Assembly: GCA_001603685.1 (NCBI GenBank)
Contig: LUZO01000043.1
Coordinates: 1 to 43,585 of the forward strand
Direction of reading: 5' to 3'
DNA: 43,585 nt
Origin: Bacteroidales bacterium Bact_23
GTDB taxonomy: Bacteria; Bacteroidota; Bacteroidia; Bacteroidales; Lentimicrobiaceae
The stretch's first letter is position 1, and the number at the start of each line of letters is the position of its first letter. Below are positions 27,962 through 36,366 of the stretch, piece by piece. Below the pieces are notes generated by a model. It saw nothing but the letters and a program-made list of their open reading frames with translations, ran no database searches and had not been told where the DNA came from. The translations under genes and the position numbers were made by a program.

Positions 27962-29098
27962 ATGGCGTCGTATAAAGTGCTGGTAGTTGACGATGAACCG
28001 GGAATCCGCATGGGTACCAGGCGAATTCTTCAAAACTTCAAGGTTGACTATCCGTTTATGGATGAATTTATAGAGTACATTGTTCTGGAGGCGGCCACAG
28101 GCGAAGAGGCCATCGAGATTATCGACAGCGAAATGCCCGATATCATCCTCCTCGACAATAAACTGCCCGGCATTCAGGGCATTGAGGTGCTGGAGTATGT
28201 CAAGAAAAAGCTTTACGACATTGTGGTTGTGATGATTACCTCATACGCATCGCTTGAACTTGCCGTAAAAGCCACCCGCGACGGAGCTTACGACTTCATC
28301 CCGAAACCGTTTACCCCGCAGGAGCTGAGAGGCTCGCTCGAAAACATCACCAAACAGCTCTTCCTGAAGCGGATGACTCAAAAGCTGAATAAGGAAGGCA
28401 AACTTATCCGCTTCCAGTTCCTTTCGGTACTGTCGCACGAACTGAAAGCCCCGCTGAATGCCATTGAAGGCTACCTTAACATCATGAAGGAGAAGCAGTT
28501 TGGCGATAATGTGGACAGCTACAAAGATATGATCGACCGCTCGCTAGAAAGGATAAGCGGCATGCGCGGGCTGATTATGGACCTGCTCGACCTCACGAAA
28601 ATCGAATCGGGGAAACCCACCCAGAACCTGCAGAAAGTTGACATCACCAAAATTGCCGGAACCTCCATTGATACCATGCGCCCCTACGCCATTCAGAAAG
28701 ATGTGGATGTCTATCTGAACACCAAAGAGAGCGTTATTATGGAGGCTGATGCAAAAGAGATTGAAATTATTTTCAACAATCTGATATCCAATGCGATAAA
28801 ATACAACAAACAGGGCGGGCGCGTGGATGTTTTCATCCATCGGGACGATAAAAACATCAGGCTCCAGGTGTCAGATTCAGGCATCGGCATGTCGGAAGAA
28901 GAGCAGAGTTCGCTTTTCCAGGATTTCGTACGCATTAAAAATCCAAAAACCAAAAACATCACCGGTTCCGGACTGGGGCTTTCAATCATCAAAAAGATTA
29001 CAGAGATGTATCATGGTGATATTGAAGTGAATAGCGTACCTGATCAGGGAACAACCTTTACTATAATCCTCCCGCTGGAACGAACTGCAATAAACTGA
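27962..29098 (+). CDS. Hybrid receiver-histidine kinase (REC-HisKA-HATPase)
   Basis: VDDEP, LLDNKLP, IPKPF; SHELKAPL, NLISNAIKY, DSGIGM, GSGLGL. Confidence 0.9.
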   Translation: MASYKVLVVDDEPGIRMGTRRILQNFKVDYPFMDEFIEYIVLEAATGEEAIEIIDSEMPDIILLDNKLPGIQGIEVLEYVKKKLYDIVVVMITSYASLELAVKATRDGAYDFIPKPFTPQELRGSLENITKQLFLKRMTQKLNKEGKLIRFQFLSVLSHELKAPLNAIEGYLNIMKEKQFGDNVDSYKDMIDRSLERISGMRGLIMDLLDLTKIESGKPTQNLQKVDITKIAGTSIDTMRPYAIQKDVDVYLNTKESVIMEADAKEIEIIFNNLISNAIKYNKQGGRVDVFIHRDDKNIRLQVSDSGIGMSEEEQSSLFQDFVRIKNPKTKNITGSGLGLSIIKKITEMYHGDIEVNSVPDQGTTFTIILPLERTAIN

Positions 29099-29109
29099 AA
29101 CACTGAACA

Positions 29110-29730
29110 ATGAAAAAACTACCCGATAAAACAGTAGAAAGGCTGAGCCAGTACCGCCGGGCGCTGATGAACTATTACTCCGGCGGCAAGCACCACATCT
29201 TTTCGCACGAAATAGCCAACCTGCTTCATATCACGGCTGTACAGGTACGGCGCGACATCATGCTGATCGGTTACACCGGTACCCTGAGGCAGGGCTACGA
29301 TGTAAAGGAGCTGATCGACATCATCGGCAAGATCATCGACACCCGCGAAGGACAAAAGGTTGCCGTAATCGGCATTGGTAACCTCGGGAGGGCCATTATC
29401 GGTTACTTTAGCGGAAAACGCACAAAACTTTCGATAGTAGCCGCTTTCGACAGCAATCCCGAAAAGGTTGACCGCATCTATGCGGGAGTCCACTGCTACC
29501 ACAGCAGCCAGATGGCGGAAGTTATCAGGCGCGAAGATATCTCCATCGCGGTAATCTCGGTGCCCGGCGATGCGGCCGGACAGGTGGCCGAAGAGCTGAT
29601 TATGGCCGGAATCAGGGGAATTCTGAACTTCTCGCCCAAGGCACTGAATGTTCCTGCGCATGTCTATCTGCAGGAGTACGATATGATTACCAGTCTGGAA
29701 AAAATTGCCTATTTCGTGAAAAAACCGTAA
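29110..29730 (+). CDS. rex: Redox-sensing transcriptional repressor Rex
   Basis: TVERLSQY, QVRRD..G.TG..GYDV, GIGNLGRA, GIRGILNFSP. Confidence 0.92.
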   Translation: MKKLPDKTVERLSQYRRALMNYYSGGKHHIFSHEIANLLHITAVQVRRDIMLIGYTGTLRQGYDVKELIDIIGKIIDTREGQKVAVIGIGNLGRAIIGYFSGKRTKLSIVAAFDSNPEKVDRIYAGVHCYHSSQMAEVIRREDISIAVISVPGDAAGQVAEELIMAGIRGILNFSPKALNVPAHVYLQEYDMITSLEKIAYFVKKP

Positions 29731-29751
29731 AACTTCTGTCAGGATAGAGCG

Positions 29752-30693
29752 ATGAAGATATATTATGATCTGGATTCCATCACTTCAATCCGCAATCCGG
29801 TAGTGACTACCGGCTCGTTCGACGGTGTCCACATCGGTCATAAAACCATTTTGAACCGGTTGCGCGAAATCGCTTCCAGCATTGGCGGCGAATCGGTACT
29901 CATCACCTTTCACCCGCATCCGCGAAAAGTGCTGTTTCCCGACACCGCCGGCAAAACGCTGCTGCTGATCAATTCACAGCGCGAAAAGGTGGAGTTGCTC
30001 CGCAAAACGGGGCTCGACCACCTGATCATCCTGAAATTCACCCGGGAATTCTCGCAGATAAGCTCCATCGACTTTATCCGGAACATTCTGGTCGGGAAAC
30101 TGAATGCGAGGAAGGTGGTAATCGGCTTCAACCACCATTTCGGCCACAACCGCGAAGGAAATTTCGACTACCTGTACGAGCTGGGGCAATATTACAATTT
30201 TGGCGTCGAAGAGATTCCCGAGCAGGACATCCACAACGAAACGGTCAGCTCAACGCTGATACGCAAGGCGCTGCTCGAAGGCAAAATACAAAGGGCAAAC
30301 GCCTACCTCGACCATCACTACATCATTGTCAGCGAGCTGTTTCCAGGCAGCGAAACCTGCCGCAGCATCAACTTCCCGACATTGCGCGTAAAGATAACCG
30401 AAGAGAACAAGCTCGTTCCCTGCGACGGGGTTTATGCCGTGAATGTGCTGGTTGACGGCGAATTCTACAAAGGCATTCTGAATATCAAAAACTCGCTTCC
30501 GCTCGAAATCAGGGACATCAACGCGATAAACATCGACATCCATCTGTTTGGCTACGACAGCGATCTTACCGGAAAAACGGCAACCGTATTCTTTGCCAAA
30601 CGGATCAGAGAGGAGTTGCAGTTCAACGATGCAGACTCTATGGTCAAACAGCTTCAGTCCGACCTGGCCGAAGTGGAAGAACTAATATACTAA
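29752..30693 (+). CDS. ribF: RibF-like FAD synthetase (adenylyltransferase domain intact, riboflavin kinase domain degenerate)
   Basis: GSFDGVHIGH, TFHPHP, VSSTLIR present; kinase half reads FPTLR (normally PTAN) and IDIH (normally EVH). Confidence 0.78.
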   Translation: MKIYYDLDSITSIRNPVVTTGSFDGVHIGHKTILNRLREIASSIGGESVLITFHPHPRKVLFPDTAGKTLLLINSQREKVELLRKTGLDHLIILKFTREFSQISSIDFIRNILVGKLNARKVVIGFNHHFGHNREGNFDYLYELGQYYNFGVEEIPEQDIHNETVSSTLIRKALLEGKIQRANAYLDHHYIIVSELFPGSETCRSINFPTLRVKITEENKLVPCDGVYAVNVLVDGEFYKGILNIKNSLPLEIRDINAINIDIHLFGYDSDLTGKTATVFFAKRIREELQFNDADSMVKQLQSDLAEVEELIY

Positions 30694-30703
30694 GACCATC
30701 ATT

Positions 30704-31486
30704 ATGAGCAGTTCAGGCCCCATAAAACTCACCTTTCTCGGAACCGGAACCTCCATCGGGGTGCCGGTAATCGCCTGCAACTGCCCGGTGTGCAAATCAT
30801 CTGACCCGCGCGATAAACGCTTTCGTACTTCGGCAATGGTAAATGTTGACAATCAGAACATTGTGATTGACTGCGGCCCCGATTTCCGGTTTCAGATGCT
30901 GAAGCAGAATGTGGAAGATATAGAGGCGGTGGTTTTCACGCACGAGCACCGCGACCACATTGCCGGACTCGATGATGTACGCGCATTCAACTACATCCTG
31001 AACAAAAACATCCCCATATACGGATCGGCGAATGTGATGGAAGCGATAAAAACGGAATTCCCCTATATTTTTACCGAAACCCGTTTTTTCGGCGCGCCTC
31101 AGCTTACCATTCATGAAATCGACGATCAGGCATTCAGCATCGGCCCTACTGAAATTTTACCCATCAGGGTATTGCACAACAAACTGCCGGTTTTTGGCTA
31201 CCGCATCGGCGGCCTCACCTACATCACCGATGCCAGCATGATTCCCGACGAGGAGAAACACAAGATTTACAAGTCGAAGGTGTTGGTTCTTAACGCGCTG
31301 CGAAACTCAAAGCATATCTCGCACCTTTCGCTGAGCGAAGCCCTTCAGTTGATCGAAGAACTGAAACCCGAACGGGCGTACCTTACCCACATCAGCCACT
31401 TTCTGGGGCTTCATGCCGAAGTGGAGAAAAAGCTGCCCGGGCATATCAGGCTCGCCTACGACAACCTGATTGTTGAAATAAGCTGA
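30704..31486 (+). CDS. PhnP/YycJ-like metallo-beta-lactamase-fold hydrolase
   Basis: LGTGTSIGVP..C.C..C, IDCGPDFR, THEHRDH, YITD, LTHISH. Confidence 0.9.
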   Translation: MSSSGPIKLTFLGTGTSIGVPVIACNCPVCKSSDPRDKRFRTSAMVNVDNQNIVIDCGPDFRFQMLKQNVEDIEAVVFTHEHRDHIAGLDDVRAFNYILNKNIPIYGSANVMEAIKTEFPYIFTETRFFGAPQLTIHEIDDQAFSIGPTEILPIRVLHNKLPVFGYRIGGLTYITDASMIPDEEKHKIYKSKVLVLNALRNSKHISHLSLSEALQLIEELKPERAYLTHISHFLGLHAEVEKKLPGHIRLAYDNLIVEIS

Positions 31487-31544
31487 TTGCGTTATTTAGA
31501 CGATATTTATAAAGATGGATATGATTTTCAAGGCCGGAAAATAC

Positions 31545-31552
31545 TATCTTTG
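31545..31552 (+). promoter_or_regulatory. Putative -7 box for hydG
   Basis: TATCTTTG 45 nt upstream of the ATG. Confidence 0.5.
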
Positions 31553-31597
31553 CAGTAGAAAATCCACTCAGTATAAACCACTGAAAATCAATATATA

Positions 31598-33034
31598 ATG
31601 ATATTTACACCTGAAAAATGCCGCATTCCGGATCAGAGGATGAAGCCTTTTATCGATCCTGATGAATTGTGGGACATCCTGAATGAAACTAAACCGGATA
31701 AACAGGCAGTCCGCGATGTGATTGCCAAATCGCTTGAGAAAAACAGGCTGACCCTCAGGGAGACAGCCATGCTGATCAATGCCAACGACCCTGAACTGAT
31801 TGAAGAGATTAAGGAAGGTGCCCGCGAGCTGAAGAAGCGCGTTTATGGTAACCGTATTGTGTTGTTTGCTCCGCTTTACATCGGAAATAAATGCACCAAC
31901 AACTGCAAATACTGCGGATTCAGGGCATCGAACAAGGAGGCCATCCGCAAAACCCTGACCGACCAGGAGATTGTGCGCGAGGTTGAGGCGCTGGAAGATA
32001 ACGGCCAGAAGCGCCTTATCCTCGTTTACGGCGAACATCCCGAATACAATGCCGAATACATTGCCGATAATGTAAGGCTGGTGTACGGAATCAAGAAAGG
32101 TCCGGGCGAAATCCGCAGGGTAAACATCAATGCCGCTCCTCTCGATATCGACGGATTCCGTATCGTGAAAGAGGCCGGCATCGGCACCTACCAGATTTTC
32201 CAGGAAACCTACCACCCCGAGATTTACAAAACCTACCATCTGGGCGGCAAGAAAAGGGATTTCAACTACAGGCTCACTTCGCTCGACCGTGCTCAGGAAG
32301 CCGGCCTCGACGATGTGGGAATCGGCGCTTTGTTCGGACTGTACGACTGGCGCTACGAGGTAATGGGCCTCATCCGCCACACCAACCATCTGGAAGCCTG
32401 CTATCATGTCGGTCCGCACACCATCTCCTTCCCGCGCATTCAGAACGCCTCAATGCTTGATCTTGGGAAAGATTATACGGTTAACGACGAAGATTTTGCA
32501 CGGCTGGTTGCCATTCTCAGGCTTGCAGTCCCCTACACCGGTATGATTCTTACGGCAAGGGAGAATCCCAAACTCAGGCACGAAGTAATTCAGTTCGGCG
32601 TATCGCAGATCGACGGCGGCACCAAACTGGAGCTGGGCGCCTATTCCGACTCGCTGAATCAGGAGCAGGACCTCAACCGCGAGCAGTTCCAGATCAACGA
32701 CGACCGCTCACTCAATGAGGTAATCGATGAGCTCCTCGAAAACGATTACCTCCCATCCTTCTGCACCGCATGTTACCGCCGTGGCAGAACCGGTGAGCAC
32801 TTCATGGAGTTTTCGGTTCCCGGATTCATCAAGCGCTTCTGCTCACCCAATGCCATGCTTACCCTGGCCGAATACCTCGAAGACTACGCTCCCGCCGATA
32901 CAAAAGCTGCCGGATGGAAGGTAATCGAAAAGAACCTGAACGACCTGCGAGAGCAAACCGATGAGAAAAATGCAGCCGAACTGAAAAGCAGACTCGACAG
33001 GGTGAAGGCAGGCGAACGCGACATCTATTTCTGA
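31598..33034 (+). CDS. hydG: [FeFe]-hydrogenase H-cluster radical SAM maturase HydG
   Basis: FAPLYIGNKCTNNCKYC, FQETYH, GPHTISFPR, C-terminal SFCTACYR..RTG..FC auxiliary-cluster motif. Confidence 0.95.
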   Translation: MIFTPEKCRIPDQRMKPFIDPDELWDILNETKPDKQAVRDVIAKSLEKNRLTLRETAMLINANDPELIEEIKEGARELKKRVYGNRIVLFAPLYIGNKCTNNCKYCGFRASNKEAIRKTLTDQEIVREVEALEDNGQKRLILVYGEHPEYNAEYIADNVRLVYGIKKGPGEIRRVNINAAPLDIDGFRIVKEAGIGTYQIFQETYHPEIYKTYHLGGKKRDFNYRLTSLDRAQEAGLDDVGIGALFGLYDWRYEVMGLIRHTNHLEACYHVGPHTISFPRIQNASMLDLGKDYTVNDEDFARLVAILRLAVPYTGMILTARENPKLRHEVIQFGVSQIDGGTKLELGAYSDSLNQEQDLNREQFQINDDRSLNEVIDELLENDYLPSFCTACYRRGRTGEHFMEFSVPGFIKRFCSPNAMLTLAEYLEDYAPADTKAAGWKVIEKNLNDLREQTDEKNAAELKSRLDRVKAGERDIYF

Positions 33035-33059
33035 TTCATCACGACTTAATTAACAGGAT

Positions 33060-33317
33060 ATGAAAGAAACCAGAATCATCGGACTACTCATCAGAGATAG
33101 GATTAAAGAAGCAGGTAAACTGCAGCTCGCCCTGAACAAATACGCTCACCTGATAAAATCAAGGCTCGGTTTTCATGAGCTGAGCGAAGACACATGCAGC
33201 AGAATGGGTTTCATCATTCTTCAGCTTACCGGTAAAAGTGATGAATGGCAAGCCTTTGAAACCGAGATTTCAGAAATTGGCGGAGTAGAAATGCAGAAAA
33301 TGTCGTTTGAACTTTAA
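33060..33317 (+). CDS. Small ACT-like hydrogenase-associated protein (TM1266-like), copy 1
   Basis: IIGLLIRDR..LQ.AL..Y..IKSRLGFHE..G.IIL pattern; directly after hydG. Confidence 0.7.
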   Translation: MKETRIIGLLIRDRIKEAGKLQLALNKYAHLIKSRLGFHELSEDTCSRMGFIILQLTGKSDEWQAFETEISEIGGVEMQKMSFEL

Positions 33318-33329
33318 TACGAAAACAAA

Positions 33330-33587
33330 ATGAAAAGGCGTATTCTTGGCATCAATGTGGGCAACCGTGACGAAGTTGCCGAAAAAGTTCAAAAGGTGCT
33401 GACTACTTTTGGCTGCTCCATTCGCACCCGTCTCGGACTTCATGAAACGGATGACGACCACAGCGAACCGGGCGGATTGATTCTGCTTGAGCTGATCGGC
33501 GATGAAAACGAATGGAACAAGCTCGAAAAAGAGCTTTCAGCCATTGAGCACTGCGAAACAAAAAGAATGGATTTCAGCGGAAAGTGA
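33330..33587 (+). CDS. Small ACT-like hydrogenase-associated protein (TM1266-like), copy 2
   Basis: ILGINVGNR..VQKVLTTFGCSIRTRLGLHE..GLILLEL; paralog of the previous ORF. Confidence 0.75.
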   Translation: MKRRILGINVGNRDEVAEKVQKVLTTFGCSIRTRLGLHETDDDHSEPGGLILLELIGDENEWNKLEKELSAIEHCETKRMDFSGK

Positions 33588-33592
33588 TAACG

Positions 33593-33620
33593 GAATAGTT
33601 CCTGTTTCAGGAATTATTTC
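33593..33620. terminator. Hairpin between convergent genes
   Basis: AATAGTTCCTG-TTT-CAGGAATTATT imperfect inverted repeat. Confidence 0.45.
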
Positions 33621-34900
33621 CTGTTTCCGCGAAGAATGGTTACCGCACCTTTGTAGCTTTCATTTTTGAAATAGCCAAAGGTGTTTAGCCTGTAATAATA
33701 GGTACCGTCGGGTACATTGCCACCGTCCCAGTCGTTTTTATAATTGCTGTCGTCGAACACTTTCCGGCCCCAGCGGTCGAACACCACCAGTTCAAGGCGT
33801 AAAAACTCCAGCGTTACCGGAATGTAGTTGCTTCCGCTGCTGCTTCCCCCATCGTTCACCTTGGCAATCTTGAACTGATCATTAATGTTATCGCCATTTG
33901 GCGTAAACACATTGGGAATAAACAACTTAGTTTCACTCACCGGTATTCTGAAGATAATCAGGGTATCGCAGCCGTGGTTGTTCACAACGCGCAGTTTTAT
34001 TTCATAAGCTTCAAGGTCGGGAGTTGTTGCAGTAGAATAGGTATGCATAGGATTCCTTTCCCTCGACTTCGGAGAGCCGTCGCCAAAATCCCACAGCCAC
34101 TCCACAACACTCTGATCTTCAGTAAATGAAAACCTGACCGTCGGATTCTGGATATAAACCGTATCGGGATGGGTTTCCACTTCAACCTTTGTAGAAGGCA
34201 GTTCCGACACCCTGAAGTTGGTATCCAGCACGCACCCGTTGGCATCGGCGACATTAAGATTGTTGTAGCCGCTGCATGCACCGGTTTTAATGCTGTCGAA
34301 CGGTACCGGCTCGCCATTCCACAGATACTGATACGGTTTGGCACCACCGGTCACGAATGCGGCAATATTGGCATCGCAGCGGCCGGAACAGGTTGCATCA
34401 ATCTCCTCAATCTCAACATACAGCGAGGGGAACAGCTCTATGTCGGCATTCACATACTCCGACGGCATCTGTCCGCCATCCGCCTGCCTGTAGTAACACA
34501 CCGGTTCATCCCAGGCAATTGTTCCCGGCTGTGTGCCGGTTCTGAAAACCAGTTCCAGCAGCTTATCATTGGCAATGCTTATGGGAGCGGATGATTTCCA
34601 GGTAAATACGATTTTCGAGTCGCTCAGTTCCACATTCGAGAAACCGGTCAGCAACATGGGATGCAGTTGGCGATAGGTAAGATATGCAGCCGTTTGGGGC
34701 GGGAAAGTAAGGGTAAGTGAAATGGAATCCACATTTTCGACCGAAGTAACCATCACAGGCAATACCAACTGCGATTTCGGACACTCCAGCCCGCCGGGGA
34801 TTCCGGTAACATTAATCTGGCTGCGGACGGTGTTTCCGGCAATCAGCAGAAAAACCGCAACCATTGTGAATATAATTCTGAATAAAACTGGTCTCTTCAT
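33614..34900 (-). CDS. T9SS type B (gliding-motility-associated CTD) protein with cohesin-like, SprB-like and PKD domains
   Basis: Signal peptide; GGAKPYQYLW..DANGC (SprB-like); WDFGDGS..NPMHTY (PKD); IPNVFTPNGDNINDQF..FDRWG..WDG..GTYYY..G.VTILR. Confidence 0.85.
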   Translation of the reverse strand: MKRPVLFRIIFTMVAVFLLIAGNTVRSQINVTGIPGGLECPKSQLVLPVMVTSVENVDSISLTLTFPPQTAAYLTYRQLHPMLLTGFSNVELSDSKIVFTWKSSAPISIANDKLLELVFRTGTQPGTIAWDEPVCYYRQADGGQMPSEYVNADIELFPSLYVEIEEIDATCSGRCDANIAAFVTGGAKPYQYLWNGEPVPFDSIKTGACSGYNNLNVADANGCVLDTNFRVSELPSTKVEVETHPDTVYIQNPTVRFSFTEDQSVVEWLWDFGDGSPKSRERNPMHTYSTATTPDLEAYEIKLRVVNNHGCDTLIIFRIPVSETKLFIPNVFTPNGDNINDQFKIAKVNDGGSSSGSNYIPVTLEFLRLELVVFDRWGRKVFDDSNYKNDWDGGNVPDGTYYYRLNTFGYFKNESYKGAVTILRGNRK

Positions 34901-35041
34901 TAAGCTGGTTAAATTCCGTAATCAGCGGCCTGCAGGCGTGAACTGTGTAGTTACTTTATCAGCGGGCTAAATTACTGAAAAATCTTTTTATCAGCCTGAT
35001 AACGGAAAAACTAATGTTTTCGTGTGATGAAAGCCTAATTA

Positions 35042-35416
35042 TCAGTAATAACCGCCTGAAATCATCATCAGGGTGCATTTCCGCTCCGTTGCTATTCCCT
35101 GTTTTTCAACCAGTTCGGCCAGCTCCGGATTCCATGTCCCCGGATTAAAAATGATGCGTTCCGGTTTCAACCGGAGGATGTAATCGTAGAAGCGCACCTG
35201 ATTTTCGGGGCCCAGGTATAAGGTTACGGTGTGAATTCCGTTAAACTCCGGTTCTCCCGTTTTTATCTCCACGCCAGCCACCTCGCCTGTGCGCAGCCCC
35301 ACCGCCGACACCGGAAATCCGTAAGCAACCAGTTCGTTGATGCAGATGTTCGAATATCGTGATGGATTGAGGCTTGCACCCAGTACCAGCGTGTGTTTCA
35401 GTGATTTTGAAGTCAT
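35042..35416 (-). CDS. CoA-binding protein (Rossmann-like)
   Basis: TLVLGASLNPSRYS, TVTLYL, RIIFNPGT, CTLMM. Confidence 0.85.
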   Translation of the reverse strand: MTSKSLKHTLVLGASLNPSRYSNICINELVAYGFPVSAVGLRTGEVAGVEIKTGEPEFNGIHTVTLYLGPENQVRFYDYILRLKPERIIFNPGTWNPELAELVEKQGIATERKCTLMMISGGYY

Positions 35417-35480
35417 GGCAGTTATAACGGCGGCTTCCCGCCCTATGCGGATAGTTTCCTGATTTTATGAAACCGGATGG

Positions 35481-36152
35481 CTATACTTCCGAAAGCATGG
35501 AATCGAGGTTCTCGAACTTCATGCGATAGTCGTCAATTGATGCTTCTATCACCTCACGCGCCTCCTTGGCATTGTAGGTGTGGGTAATCTCCACATTGAG
35601 CTCTTCGCCCGGCAACCCCTTGTAAGTCAGGAAGTAATGCTCAAGGCGCTTGACTATCTGAGCGGGCAGTTCTTCCACATCGGAATAGTTACCGTAAACG
35701 GCATCATTCTTCAGAACGGCAATGATCTTGTCGTCGGCCTGGTTACCATCGAACATCCTGAAACCGCCAATCGGAATGGCATGAACCAGGATATCGCCGT
35801 GTACAATGCTTTTCTCGGTGAGGATGCAAACATCAAGCGGATCGCCGTCACCAACAATATCCTTTTTGCCGGATTTGGAAGTTGCATATTCGGCTACCTT
35901 TTTTGCACATAATGTCTGGGGAATGAATCCGTAAAGCGCCGGAAGAACATTGGAATATTTCTGCGGCCGGTCGAGCCTCAGATACCCCGACACTTTGTCA
36001 ACCTCATACTTAACCGTATCGGTTGTAACCATTTCAACAAAACAAGTAAGAACATCAGGTGCATTCTCACCTATATCCACACCATGCCAGGGATGCGATT
36101 TGTAGCGAAGCCCCATCAGCCGGCCGATGGGATCCATGAGTCTGTTTGCCAT
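35481..36152 (-). CDS. ppa: Family I inorganic pyrophosphatase
   Basis: Start ATG 36152; HPWHG, KYEVDK, LDRPQ, YGFIPQT, DGDPLD, DDKIIAV, YFLTYK; TACCTTTG -7 box at 36186-36193. Confidence 0.92.
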   Translation of the reverse strand: MANRLMDPIGRLMGLRYKSHPWHGVDIGENAPDVLTCFVEMVTTDTVKYEVDKVSGYLRLDRPQKYSNVLPALYGFIPQTLCAKKVAEYATSKSGKKDIVGDGDPLDVCILTEKSIVHGDILVHAIPIGGFRMFDGNQADDKIIAVLKNDAVYGNYSDVEELPAQIVKRLEHYFLTYKGLPGEELNVEITHTYNAKEAREVIEASIDDYRMKFENLDSMLSEV

Positions 36153-36235
36153 AACCTTTGTATTAATCGGTTTGCTTTGAAAGCACAAAGGTAAGAGGCT
36201 TTTTCGGTATTTGCACCAATATAAAAAAAAAGTAT

Positions 36236-36319
36236 TATGTCATTCCGGCAAACAGGAAGAGTTAGATATGTCATTTTGTCGTATATGTAACCGTTTTTTA
36301 ACATGGCAGGACTTTTGTA
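36236..36319 (+). promoter_or_regulatory. Candidate sigma54-like promoter and upstream repeated sites for clpB
   Basis: TGGCAGGACTTTTGTA (36304-36319; GG-N10-GT); TATGTCATT repeated at 36236 and 36267. Confidence 0.45.
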
Positions 36320-36366
36320 ATTTACCTGTCCGCTATCAAATAGCATGAAAGGAGAAAAAAAAAGAT

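Noticed and set aside
31568-32419. 283-aa minus-strand ORF (likewise 36799-37623 and 39670-40455)
   Set aside because: Antisense to hydG, clpB and dnaX; explained by codon bias
31598-33034. ThiH (thiamine biosynthesis)
   Set aside because: C-terminal CxxC-x22-C extension and the hydrogenase context indicate HydG
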